IMG/VR virus record: IMGVR_UViG_3300046528_000065 | Span: 1-64,000 of that record | From: a virus | Taxonomy: Duplodnaviria > Caudoviricetes | Strand: one strand, 5' to 3' | Length of the DNA stretch: 64,000 nt | Shown here: positions 52,964-61,794 of the stretch, one piece after another | Layout: each line of letters begins with the position of its first letter | Numbering within the stretch: the first letter of the stretch is position 1 | The notes under the pieces: model-generated | What the model was told of the DNA's origin: nothing | The model's input: the letters and a program-made list of their open reading frames with translations, nothing else | Databases searched by the model: none | Program-made: the position numbers and the translations under genes

Positions 52964-53368
52964 ATGGCTATGCTCAACCTTGACGACCCGGTTTGCCTAT
53001 TACGCTTACGCACGGGCGACACACGGGACTTGCCAATTTTACCAGATGCTGTGTACCAGAACGCTCTTACCGAGAAAAAGGGCAACATGAAAGCCGCAGC
53101 AATCTTGTGCGGGCAGTACATCCTTGCCACTCTAGCGTTCGATGGGCAACAACAACTCGGAATTATTACTATCTACGGACAACATGTCTTTGCCCAGTAC
53201 CAGTCTTACCTGATGATGTTGGTCAAAGACCCTGACTTCAACCAAGTCAGCCCAATCCCTTACGCGGGCGAGAACGGCACAAACTCAATCCTTGAATTCA
53301 AGCAGTGTTGGGATAAGCATCAAAAGTGCTGCTACAACCCAACCTACGACGGATGGGAATTCGTATGA
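52964..53368 (+). CDS. head-tail adaptor
   Basis: Position; LRLRTGD...LPD..Y...L. Confidence 0.65.
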   Translation: MAMLNLDDPVCLLRLRTGDTRDLPILPDAVYQNALTEKKGNMKAAAILCGQYILATLAFDGQQQLGIITIYGQHVFAQYQSYLMMLVKDPDFNQVSPIPYAGENGTNSILEFKQCWDKHQKCCYNPTYDGWEFV

Positions 53369-53763
53369 ACGCCTTTGATCGTGTAGTGGCATCCATGATG
53401 CGCCAACACGGCACCCTAGCATTCATCTCCGTAGCCCTAGGCGAATCCTACGACACGAATACATCAGAGAACACTGTACGCTACCAAGACTACCCTGTCA
53501 ACGCAATGTTCTTCGATTACATTCGTAAGAATGAAGGCCTGACTAGCGAGAACAACACGCTTATCCAATCTGGCGACAAGCAAGTGTACGTACAGCCTCC
53601 GCAGAAGAATGCCAGTGACCCTTACAGCCTGCCACACATTCTGCCCAATAAAGACTTCCTGAAGCTGAATGGACGCCTCTACAAAATCGTAGCACTGAAG
53701 CAGCTTAACCCTTCTATGTCTAACGAAGGCTGTGTGCTCTACGAACTTTACATTCGAGAGTGA
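53365..53763 (+). CDS. head closure / head-tail joining protein
   Basis: Position; IQSGDKQVYV...YELYIR; start MNAFD. Confidence 0.65.
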   Translation: MNAFDRVVASMMRQHGTLAFISVALGESYDTNTSENTVRYQDYPVNAMFFDYIRKNEGLTSENNTLIQSGDKQVYVQPPQKNASDPYSLPHILPNKDFLKLNGRLYKIVALKQLNPSMSNEGCVLYELYIRE

Positions 53764-53764
53764 C

Positions 53765-53968
53765 ATGGACGAGCCAATTAGCAAGAAGTTAAAAGATTGG
53801 CTAGATGGTGTAAGAATCAACGCAAAGCCACCGAATGAAATTGTTGTGATTAGTGGTGCTGGCAACATTGTGTTGTGGGCAGATGAAATTGTAGGTAAAT
53901 CGGATGAAGAACTCTACGAGTTTATCCAGAGCCGATTGCAACAAAATTTAAACGACAAAACAAACTAA
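53765..53968 (+). CDS. hypothetical protein
   Basis: Start MDEPISK. Confidence 0.55.
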   Translation: MDEPISKKLKDWLDGVRINAKPPNEIVVISGAGNIVLWADEIVGKSDEELYEFIQSRLQQNLNDKTN

Positions 53969-53977
53969 AGGAATAAT

Positions 53978-54421
53978 ATGGGTAAGAGCGACGCGTGGGA
54001 AACAAATCTTCTGAAACTGGTGTTCAACAATGTTGCAGCCGCTGGTATCGGTGATACGAACGGTGTGCTGCCAAGCGCAGCAGCAGGTAATCTCTACCTG
54101 TCCCTGCATACCGGCGATCCTGGTGATACCGGTAATCAATCGTCCAGCGAAACTACTTACACTGGCTACGCTCGTGTAGCTGTGGCCCGTAGCTCGGCAG
54201 GCTTCAATGTCACTGGTAATAGCGTGAACCTCGTCACCAATGCCGACTTCGGCACTTGCACGGCTAATCCTGGTGCAGCTCTCACCTACTTCGCAGTGGG
54301 CACACTGGCTTCCGGCGCTGGACAAATCCTGTACAGCGGCCCTCTGAGTTCTTCGATCCCTATTGCTGCCAACATTGCTCCGCGCATCACCACCGCAGCT
54401 AACATGATTACTGAGGACTGA
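53978..54421 (+). CDS. virion structural protein (fibre-anchoring type)
   Basis: LYLSLHTGDPG...SETTYTGYARVAV. Confidence 0.65.
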   Translation: MGKSDAWETNLLKLVFNNVAAAGIGDTNGVLPSAAAGNLYLSLHTGDPGDTGNQSSSETTYTGYARVAVARSSAGFNVTGNSVNLVTNADFGTCTANPGAALTYFAVGTLASGAGQILYSGPLSSSIPIAANIAPRITTAANMITED

Positions 54422-54425
54422 TTAT

Positions 54426-55937
54426 ATGGCTATCGAACGCAAAGACCTAGTACAGGACACCGCTAGTTCCACAGGGACCGGGGCGTTCGTAATGGCTGGC
54501 ACTCCTCCAACGGGCTTCCGCCCGTTCAGTGTGCATACCGTTGGTGCTACGTTTGACTATAAAGCTTCCGCTGGAGCGGATTGGGAAGTTGGCGTAGGCA
54601 CGTGGAATGGCTCGAATATCGCGCGTAGCCCGACTGCCAGTTCTAATGCAAACGGTCTCGTCAATTTCACGGTAGCGCCTACTGTTATGGAAGTTGTGAG
54701 TGCTGCGAGTGTTGCCTCATTTCTGAGGGCTGCTGATGGTGTGGACGTTTCGACGCTGACTAATGTTACCTCGCTCAATACAGGCGATTCTGTGCTGCTT
54801 CTGCGCAGTGGGACTTTGTACACGGCATTGGCATCGTTGTTCGGATCGACTGGCACCGGCGGCACTGCGGCGGCTACCGCTGTTACTCTCACGGTAAGCG
54901 CAGCTTCAACGGCAGTTGGTTCTCCTGTAACTGTCACCGTCAGCACCAATAGCCCTCTGACTGGAACGCAGAGTGAAAGCATTACCTTGACAGCGCCTGT
55001 TGCTGGTACATGGAGTACCAACCCTGTGACGCTGAACGCAACGACTGGCACTGTGACGCCGACGTTCACGCCATCTGCGGCTGGCTCGGGTAATATCACA
55101 GCGAGTGCAACAGGTACACCAACCTTGACTGGGGCCACAGTAGCCTACACCTCGACTGCCGCTGTCACGCCTACACTTACCGTTGCTACCCCAGCATCGC
55201 CACAAACTGTGGGCACATCATTCCCTGTCACTGGTACATGGACAGGTACTCAGCCAACCTCTCTCGACTTCCTGCTCACGGATAGCGGTGTTGCCGGTAC
55301 ATGGACTCAGGTTGCCGCAGGGCAGAATCTGGTTATCAACGCAAACGGCACATGGACGTTCAACCAGAACCCAGCGAGTACTGCCACTAGCCGCACGATT
55401 ACTGTACGAGATCATAATGCAACAACGGTTGTCAGTAATCAGTCTGGTGCATATGTGGTTAATGCAGCAGCGGCATCTACTAGCTATGTCACGACCCTAG
55501 TATCGGGCGCTAACCCTGGCTTCCCGACTGCCACGTCGATGGGCTACACCAGTGGTGATGCCGCCGTTGATACGAAGATTATTGTAGTTTCCATCAAGGC
55601 AGCCGATAACAGTGTGCCGGATACGTCTACTATGAAGTGGGTGACTGGCAAATCTGCAACCGTCGCGCCGATGTCGTACACCGATAGCTCGCCCGCAATT
55701 GGCACCAACGGCAACACTGCGGTGCACGGTAATTCCGTTGCGGGAACGGGTGCACTTGCAAAGACGAGCGCTTGGGTCAATGTTGGTGATTCTGGGTATG
55801 GGCAGTTCAAAAACGCTTCTAGCTTCTACGCATGGGGTACGCCGGGAACATGGTACGTCTGGGTGCTGTGTGCCAACGGCTTTAAGGATGTGGTTCGTGA
55901 TGCTCAAGGCAATCCGGTTCAGTGGGTGCTGTCGTAA
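54426..55937 (+). CDS. Thr/Ser/Ala-rich fibre protein with Ig-like domains
   Basis: 503 aa; beta-sandwich-like repeats. Confidence 0.65.
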   Translation: MAIERKDLVQDTASSTGTGAFVMAGTPPTGFRPFSVHTVGATFDYKASAGADWEVGVGTWNGSNIARSPTASSNANGLVNFTVAPTVMEVVSAASVASFLRAADGVDVSTLTNVTSLNTGDSVLLLRSGTLYTALASLFGSTGTGGTAAATAVTLTVSAASTAVGSPVTVTVSTNSPLTGTQSESITLTAPVAGTWSTNPVTLNATTGTVTPTFTPSAAGSGNITASATGTPTLTGATVAYTSTAAVTPTLTVATPASPQTVGTSFPVTGTWTGTQPTSLDFLLTDSGVAGTWTQVAAGQNLVINANGTWTFNQNPASTATSRTITVRDHNATTVVSNQSGAYVVNAAAASTSYVTTLVSGANPGFPTATSMGYTSGDAAVDTKIIVVSIKAADNSVPDTSTMKWVTGKSATVAPMSYTDSSPAIGTNGNTAVHGNSVAGTGALAKTSAWVNVGDSGYGQFKNASSFYAWGTPGTWYVWVLCANGFKDVVRDAQGNPVQWVLS

Positions 55938-57628
55938 TGGCTCAATTCCTCCTCGGGCCGGGCGGGCGGCTGCTTCTGCTGGGCGGCAAGCCCCTCGCGA
56001 TCACTCTTGGGCAGGCCCCTACAACGGCTATCAGGCTCACCGACTGGTATTTGTCCACTTCGTACGGGTACACAACACGTTTCAATATTCAGACGACAGC
56101 GGCCAGCAATGACACGACAGCCGATGTACCTGTCGTCTTCACATACACAGGCGGCACCCCGTCTTCCGTGCAAGCTCGTGTCATTGACGGCAGCGGCGTG
56201 GCGGTTCCAGGTTTCGACTGGACTGACATTACCACCACCGTGACCACCAGCGGGACCACGGGCCTCGGCTACTTGCAGGGCGTCCCCGATGGTATCAACT
56301 ACCGGCGTGAGGTACGTGTCGGCGCTAGTACCACTGTCAAAGACACTGACAGGGCTTACTTTAATATTGGTATCAATGTGCTGCCTTGGGGCCAGTCGAA
56401 CATGCGCGGCACGCTCGATAGCCACACGCCCGATGGCAGCGGCATTACGCGCGACTCGGTAGTGCCCGGCACGGCTTCGACAACCGAGTGGGCCTACTAC
56501 AACAACAATGGAACGGGGGCGTATTTCGGCCCTGGCGGATTTGACGCTGGCGGAAACAACAACGCAAGCATCGGTAGCTATACGCTGGAGAAGGCGGGCG
56601 GCTTATCAATGCTGCGCCTCCTTGGGACGACACTACAAAACAAGCGCAGCAAGAAAGTAGGCATTGCGCTTAACCCGTGGGCCAATAATGGGCAAGCGAT
56701 GTCGTTCTTTATGAACGCGTCCGGCGTTATTGGTATGCTGTCTAATGTTGGCACAGTGAGTCCGAACATTGGTTTTTCGTCACCCGCGCAGTACATCACC
56801 GGGGATTACCGGATCGTTGCATGGCATCAGGGGGAGTCGGATTCTACAACCATCACACGTACACAGCGCCGTGATGATTTGATTAAGTTCTGTCAAGCCC
56901 ATATTGCTCAAGTGTTGAAGTTCAATCGACCATCCTCTAAACTTACGTTCCTCTTTGCATTCATGGGTGTTGGTAGCCCTCCGCAAATGGAAGTGTTGCG
57001 CGGTGCTGTGTTGGACCTGATTGCCTACGTTAAGCAAAACAATCTTGATTGGGACGTACGTATTGGTTGGAATTGTATCGACTTCGATCCTGCCTTCGCT
57101 ACTCCACCGGACACGCTGCACTTTGGTGGCTGGGACCAACTCAAATCGTGCCGTCGCATGACGCAAGCAGCAATGCATGTTCTTGACCCTGTAGCCGTGA
57201 AGTACGGTGCTATTGGTCCGCAACTGACGGGCGCTGTTTCTCGTACTGGCGATGACGTAACGTTGACAGTGCTGCACGAAGGTTTGAAAGATGATGGACA
57301 GCCACGTAGTTTAGTAGCCAAAACTCCAGGCTCCCCAATCACAGGTTGGTATGCCAACACTGCTGCGGATTTTAGTGGCACTGATATCGCATTGACAAAC
57401 GTGACCATCGTTGATAGCACCCATATCCGTGTGACTGCAACTGGTGCACCAGCAACGTTCTACATCAAGCATTGTGGCGGTAAGTACTACACACCGCAGA
57501 GTTACACTCCGAACGTGTCGAATCTCATATACGATAACTTCGCATATCCGACTGGTGCAAATGCAGGCGATCAGTTCGTAGGATTGCCGCTGCTTCCAAC
57601 TCCTGACGCTATAAAGGTGGGGCCATAA
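55937..57628 (+). CDS. SGNH/SASA-family carbohydrate acetylesterase, probably virion-associated
   Basis: WGQSNM (catalytic Ser); WHQGESD; DTLH (D-x-x-H). Confidence 0.8.
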   Translation: MAQFLLGPGGRLLLLGGKPLAITLGQAPTTAIRLTDWYLSTSYGYTTRFNIQTTAASNDTTADVPVVFTYTGGTPSSVQARVIDGSGVAVPGFDWTDITTTVTTSGTTGLGYLQGVPDGINYRREVRVGASTTVKDTDRAYFNIGINVLPWGQSNMRGTLDSHTPDGSGITRDSVVPGTASTTEWAYYNNNGTGAYFGPGGFDAGGNNNASIGSYTLEKAGGLSMLRLLGTTLQNKRSKKVGIALNPWANNGQAMSFFMNASGVIGMLSNVGTVSPNIGFSSPAQYITGDYRIVAWHQGESDSTTITRTQRRDDLIKFCQAHIAQVLKFNRPSSKLTFLFAFMGVGSPPQMEVLRGAVLDLIAYVKQNNLDWDVRIGWNCIDFDPAFATPPDTLHFGGWDQLKSCRRMTQAAMHVLDPVAVKYGAIGPQLTGAVSRTGDDVTLTVLHEGLKDDGQPRSLVAKTPGSPITGWYANTAADFSGTDIALTNVTIVDSTHIRVTATGAPATFYIKHCGGKYYTPQSYTPNVSNLIYDNFAYPTGANAGDQFVGLPLLPTPDAIKVGP

Positions 57629-57629
57629 A

Positions 57630-58082
57630 ATGCTTTCACATTATACAATTTCAGGCGCACCTATCGCCGCGTCATACGCAACAGCCACTCCTTCAGCGAC
57701 ATACTACCCCGTCTCGGCAACATCCGTAGGCCAAGCAACACTGACAGCAATCTCTAAAGCATTCTACAACACAGCAGCAAATGTTGTAGCTTCCGCTAGT
57801 GTTGCTGTCGCGGCCTACGGGCTGTGCTCTGTCAGAGGGACATCCAATGGTGTCGCAACAGTAAGCTTCTCTAGCCCAACAGTGATTGGCGTCTCTGGTA
57901 ACATTGCTGCGACATCTGCTGCGAATGCTCAATGGCGTGCTATTGCGAGTGTCTCCGGTAGTTCTCACGGGACAAGCTCAATCCTCGCTGTCTACAACAA
58001 TAGTAGTGCACACTTTACGAATCTTGGCGACAAGTTCCGTATTCAGATGCTGCCAGCGTTCTATAAAATCGTTCTTCAATAA
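57630..58082 (+). CDS. Ala/Ser/Thr-rich structural protein
   Basis: Low-complexity ORF in the structural operon. Confidence 0.55.
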   Translation: MLSHYTISGAPIAASYATATPSATYYPVSATSVGQATLTAISKAFYNTAANVVASASVAVAAYGLCSVRGTSNGVATVSFSSPTVIGVSGNIAATSAANAQWRAIASVSGSSHGTSSILAVYNNSSAHFTNLGDKFRIQMLPAFYKIVLQ

Positions 58083-58090
58083 GGGTTGTC

Positions 58091-58420
58091 ATGGAAATTA
58101 AACGCACACGAGGCGACTCTTATCCAGATCGCTTCTTGATTACAAACTTGAGCACGAACGAGCCAGCAAATCTTACGGGCTGTGTTATCAAAATGACTGT
58201 CAGTAAGGACAAGGCCCCTATCGATAATGCCAATCAAGTGTACCAGCTTGTTGGACAGGTGAGTGATCCTACGAGTGGGATTGTCTTGTTTGCACCTACA
58301 GAACAGCAGGCTGATTTGTCGGGGATTTATTACTTCGACCTGGAACTCACGGACTCCTACGGACTCAAGTACACGCTCGTTAAAGATGCTATCTCTTTTG
58401 AGCAGGACATCACTAAGTAG
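58091..58420 (+). CDS. BppU N-terminal-like small structural protein
   Basis: RGDSY...NLTG...GIV.F.P...G.YYFDLELTD. Confidence 0.65.
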   Translation: MEIKRTRGDSYPDRFLITNLSTNEPANLTGCVIKMTVSKDKAPIDNANQVYQLVGQVSDPTSGIVLFAPTEQQADLSGIYYFDLELTDSYGLKYTLVKDAISFEQDITK

Positions 58421-58437
58421 CCAGTGTGGTCGGTTAG

Positions 58438-58465
58438 TTGACGCGCGGCATTCTTATGCTATAAT
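58438..58465 (+). promoter_or_regulatory. late-type promoter
   Basis: TTGACG-N16-TATAAT with CATTCTTATG in the spacer. Confidence 0.75.
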
Positions 58466-58484
58466 CTAGAACTAAAGGAATGCC

Positions 58485-58934
58485 GTGGGAATCTTCTCCG
58501 ATCATTTAAGAAGCAACATTGACCGTGTGTTAGTAGAGGTAAACTATAAGATAACATATGTAGCTTACGTACTGTTTACCAAGATTGTTAATAACTCACC
58601 TCACGTAGGCGACGGCCCGTACGTCGCCGGTCATTTTGTCGCTAACTGGTGGCCGTCTGTAGGCGCATACGACAATTCCATCACAGGAGCTGTAAGCAAC
58701 GGTAGTGATAGTCTAGCCCGTATTGAAACTCTAATTAAACCGTCCAAGGCATTCTACCAAAAAGACGGTTTCTTATCTCTGTCTAACAATCTAAACTACG
58801 CCTTCCGCGTGGAATACAAAGAGTTCGGGTGGCCCGCTGGCAAAGACCCATTAACAGGCTGGACGTGGACAGGCTTACGCCGCGCCTACAGCCCCGTGCA
58901 AAACTCATTTACTGCCATGAAGGGCATACTATAA
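58485..58934 (+). CDS. tail completion / HK97 gp10-like neck protein
   Basis: SP..DG....GHFVANW...LSNNLNYAFRVEY. Confidence 0.7.
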   Translation: MGIFSDHLRSNIDRVLVEVNYKITYVAYVLFTKIVNNSPHVGDGPYVAGHFVANWWPSVGAYDNSITGAVSNGSDSLARIETLIKPSKAFYQKDGFLSLSNNLNYAFRVEYKEFGWPAGKDPLTGWTWTGLRRAYSPVQNSFTAMKGIL

Positions 58935-58951
58935 CATTCTTGGAGGAAGTC

Positions 58952-59872
58952 ATAGATAAAACACAGAAATTTGTAGATAGGGCCAATAAACTTCACAATG
59001 GCCGATATGACTACTCCAAGGCAGTGTATGTAAAGGCTAGTGTTGATGTGGAGATTGTCTGCCACCTACATGGTTCATTTATGCAAACCCCTAACAAACA
59101 TCTTAGCGGCAGGGGTTGCCGCACTTGCTCAAGTATTAGCAGATCAAAGTCGCAGACGCTTACCACACCTGAGTTTGTTGCGAAGGGTAACGCAAAACAC
59201 AATCACAAGTACGACTATTCCTGTACGGACTATGTGAGTGCCAAAACTAAAGTGGAGATAATCTGCCCCATTCACGGCAGTTTCTTCCAAACACCCGATG
59301 TACATCTCCGGAGCGGCTGTAATGCTTGTGGTAATGTCTTGATCGGCAAAGCTTTGGTGGACACGGCAACCGATTTTATTCGCAAGGCAAACATCACGCA
59401 CGAACACAAGTACACCTACGAGCGAGTGGAATACAAGAACTCTCTCTCTAAAGTCGAAGTGACTTGCCCTGAACACGGACCTTTTACTACAGCTCCCAAC
59501 AACCATATCGCGGGACGGGGTTGCCCGAGTTGCGCGAAGACCGGATACAACAAGGGTAAAAGTGGGTCAATCTACATCATGCAATGCGATAACATTGTTA
59601 AGGTGGGCATCACTAACAGGTCTGTGAGTATACGCCTGCGGGAACTTAGAAAATCATCCGGCAAAGATTTTTCACTCGTGTACACGCAACTTTTTGAGTC
59701 AGGCGTTGTGCCTAGGGATATAGAGACGATTTTACTAGCTAATCTTAGAAGCGAATGCAGGAACATAGAGGATAAATTCTCAGGCTCAACAGAGTGCTTC
59801 TACCATTCAGACATCCCCTCGTTCATGGAACTCGTTAATAAAACTGTTGTCGAGGCAGTGTATGAACATTAG
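58952..59872 (+). CDS. homing endonuclease: DUF723-like repeats plus GIY-YIG; atypical start
   Basis: Three repeats F..K...H..KYDYS..Y..KVEI.CP.HG.F.Q.P..H..GC..C; IYIM...KVGITN. RBS points to ATA at 58952. Confidence 0.75.
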   Translation: MDKTQKFVDRANKLHNGRYDYSKAVYVKASVDVEIVCHLHGSFMQTPNKHLSGRGCRTCSSISRSKSQTLTTPEFVAKGNAKHNHKYDYSCTDYVSAKTKVEIICPIHGSFFQTPDVHLRSGCNACGNVLIGKALVDTATDFIRKANITHEHKYTYERVEYKNSLSKVEVTCPEHGPFTTAPNNHIAGRGCPSCAKTGYNKGKSGSIYIMQCDNIVKVGITNRSVSIRLRELRKSSGKDFSLVYTQLFESGVVPRDIETILLANLRSECRNIEDKFSGSTECFYHSDIPSFMELVNKTVVEAVYEH

Positions 59873-60260
59873 ACAAGAAGTGGAGTCCGCAATAGCAACC
59901 TTCGCCAGCTTACAAACGCCTAAGATTGTTGTCGCATACGAAGGTGTGCCATTTTCTAAGCCGAACAATTCTAGTTGGCTTGAGGTTGTATTCCTAGACG
60001 CAGCAGTTACGAACCCGACTGTAGACGGTCTGGGGATAAGAAAGCAAGGTGTTTTCCAGATCAACTGTAATGTCATTGACGGCAAGGGTATGAAGTCCTT
60101 GGACGAGCTTACCGAAAGCATTGTAAGCCTCTTTCCCTTCCATGACAAGGCACGCTACACAACTTTCTCTGTAGAGCAAACACCTCACGTTAGTCCCCCT
60201 ATGCTTGACGGGGTATTTCGCTGGGCCGCTGTGCGGGTTAAGTATCGTCAGGAATTCTGA
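59862..60260 (+). CDS. tail terminator protein
   Basis: Position before the tail tube; GVFQINCNV...GKG. Confidence 0.7.
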   Translation: MNIRQEVESAIATFASLQTPKIVVAYEGVPFSKPNNSSWLEVVFLDAAVTNPTVDGLGIRKQGVFQINCNVIDGKGMKSLDELTESIVSLFPFHDKARYTTFSVEQTPHVSPPMLDGVFRWAAVRVKYRQEF

Positions 60261-60302
60261 CATTCGATAAGAGTTTTAAATCTTTAATTAAAGGAAATAC
60301 AA

Positions 60303-60767
60303 ATGAGCATTACTGCTTCTAAAGCAATTACTTCGGCAACCACCAAGCTCTACGCATCGGCTGCACTGCCAACCACTTACGACAAGGCAGGCTATGAAAT
60401 CCTGACTTGGACTGCCATCTCCGACGTGAATAATATTGGTAGTATCGGAGGCACCGTGAGTATGCAGAAACATATGCCCATCGACAGCGGCACCGTAGTT
60501 AAGATTCCTGGTAGCCGTGATGAAGGCAGTGCCGAGATTACGATGGCTAAACATCAATCGAGCGACACGCAACTGCTGCAAACGGCTTTTGACAGCCGCT
60601 CCCCTGTTGCCCTGAAGATCGTGTACCCAACCGCACTTGGCGTCACTGCCTACACCACTGGCTACGTCTCGACAGCAGTGACGACAATCGGCACCAGCGA
60701 CACCATCCTGGAATACAAAACCACCGTCGATCTGGCCACACCAGTTATCGAAGTGGCTAACTCGTAA
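60303..60767 (+). CDS. major tail tube protein (siphovirus)
   Basis: 154 aa; SIGG...GSRDEG; followed by terminator, chaperone and tape measure. Confidence 0.8.
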   Translation: MSITASKAITSATTKLYASAALPTTYDKAGYEILTWTAISDVNNIGSIGGTVSMQKHMPIDSGTVVKIPGSRDEGSAEITMAKHQSSDTQLLQTAFDSRSPVALKIVYPTALGVTAYTTGYVSTAVTTIGTSDTILEYKTTVDLATPVIEVANS

Positions 60768-60772
60768 TACGT

Positions 60773-60791
60773 GAGGGCTTCGGCCCTCTTT
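60773..60791 (+). terminator. intrinsic terminator
   Basis: GAGGGC-TTCG-GCCCTC-TTT. Confidence 0.8.
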
Positions 60792-60892
60792 CCTCTAAGA
60801 GCTTTCTACGAGAGTCTTTAGAAGAAATCAAAGAGCACTATAGCTCTCCCGCTTCACAAGAAGCATAACATAACTACGAAGGAAACTCTACC

Positions 60893-61309
60893 ATGTCTTT
60901 TGAACTCAATTCTTTGGCCCTCTCCGACGAGGCTACCGTTCACCTGCACCACCCTGTCACCGAAGTCCCACTGTATGCTCCTGTGAAGAAAGGTGAAGAC
61001 CCTGAGTCGAAGCCAGTACAGGTAACAGTGAAGGGCAGTGCATCTCAGGCGTACAGGCGCGCTGTCGATACTATGATGAAGAAAGCTGCCAAGCGCGGTA
61101 AGCGTGAAGCAACCCCTGAAGAGATGCGGGAACAGAGCATCGAATTTCTCGTCGCTCTGTCGGTAAAAATTGACAACTTGGTTCTTGACGGCGAGGAAGT
61201 GGCAAGTGCAGATGCATTCCGCAAACTGTATAGCGATCCCCGATACGACTGGATCAAAGAACAAATTAATGCAGCAGTCGGAGATACCGCAAGTTTTTTG
61301 AAAGTTTAA
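60893..61309 (+). CDS. tail assembly chaperone (gpG-like)
   Basis: Position; slippery site near the 3' end. Confidence 0.8.
   Translation: MSFELNSLALSDEATVHLHHPVTEVPLYAPVKKGEDPESKPVQVTVKGSASQAYRRAVDTMMKKAAKRGKREATPEEMREQSIEFLVALSVKIDNLVLDGEEVASADAFRKLYSDPRYDWIKEQINAAVGDTASFLKV
61294..61300 (+). other. -1 ribosomal frameshift slippery heptamer T-TTT-TTG
   Basis: The -1 frame is open from here into the 61324-61782 ORF. Confidence 0.75.
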
Positions 61310-61323
61310 GCAATCTCCTGATA

Positions 61324-61782
61324 TTGTATTGTCGCCAATTGGCATGGCTCGGATGCACTCCAGACAAATCGAGGCACTCCAGACTTGAGCAAATTCGCGG
61401 CAATGCAGTAAGAGAACGTGGTGAAGATGGCTCTGCCATTGTCGGGTCAGCAGAGGTTCATTTGCCAGAAATTCCAATGGCATTTGAAAATCTGCTGACT
61501 TTTTTCATTTCTTCCGGCCAAGCTACACAGACAGGTATGGGGCTTACATCACTTTCCTGGGCCGAAATCAAAGCTTGGCGCGAGGAGAATGAATTGGATG
61601 TCACGTTGTTCGAAAGGGATTTGCTTAAAAAGATGTCGGAAGCATACTGTGCAGAGTACGTGAAGGCGTCGGACCCGAAACGCCCAGCACCATATACACC
61701 AGAAATTAAGGAAGATGAGATTGACCATGTTGGCAAGGCTATGCAGATGTTAGAGCAGATGCGATTGTTACGCAAAACATAA
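61324..61782 (+). CDS. tail chaperone extension (gpT-like), expressed by frameshift
   Basis: No strong start (TTG); QTGMGLTSLSWAEIKAW. Confidence 0.8.
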   Translation: MYCRQLAWLGCTPDKSRHSRLEQIRGNAVRERGEDGSAIVGSAEVHLPEIPMAFENLLTFFISSGQATQTGMGLTSLSWAEIKAWREENELDVTLFERDLLKKMSEAYCAEYVKASDPKRPAPYTPEIKEDEIDHVGKAMQMLEQMRLLRKT

Positions 61783-61794
61783 AGAGAGAATTAT

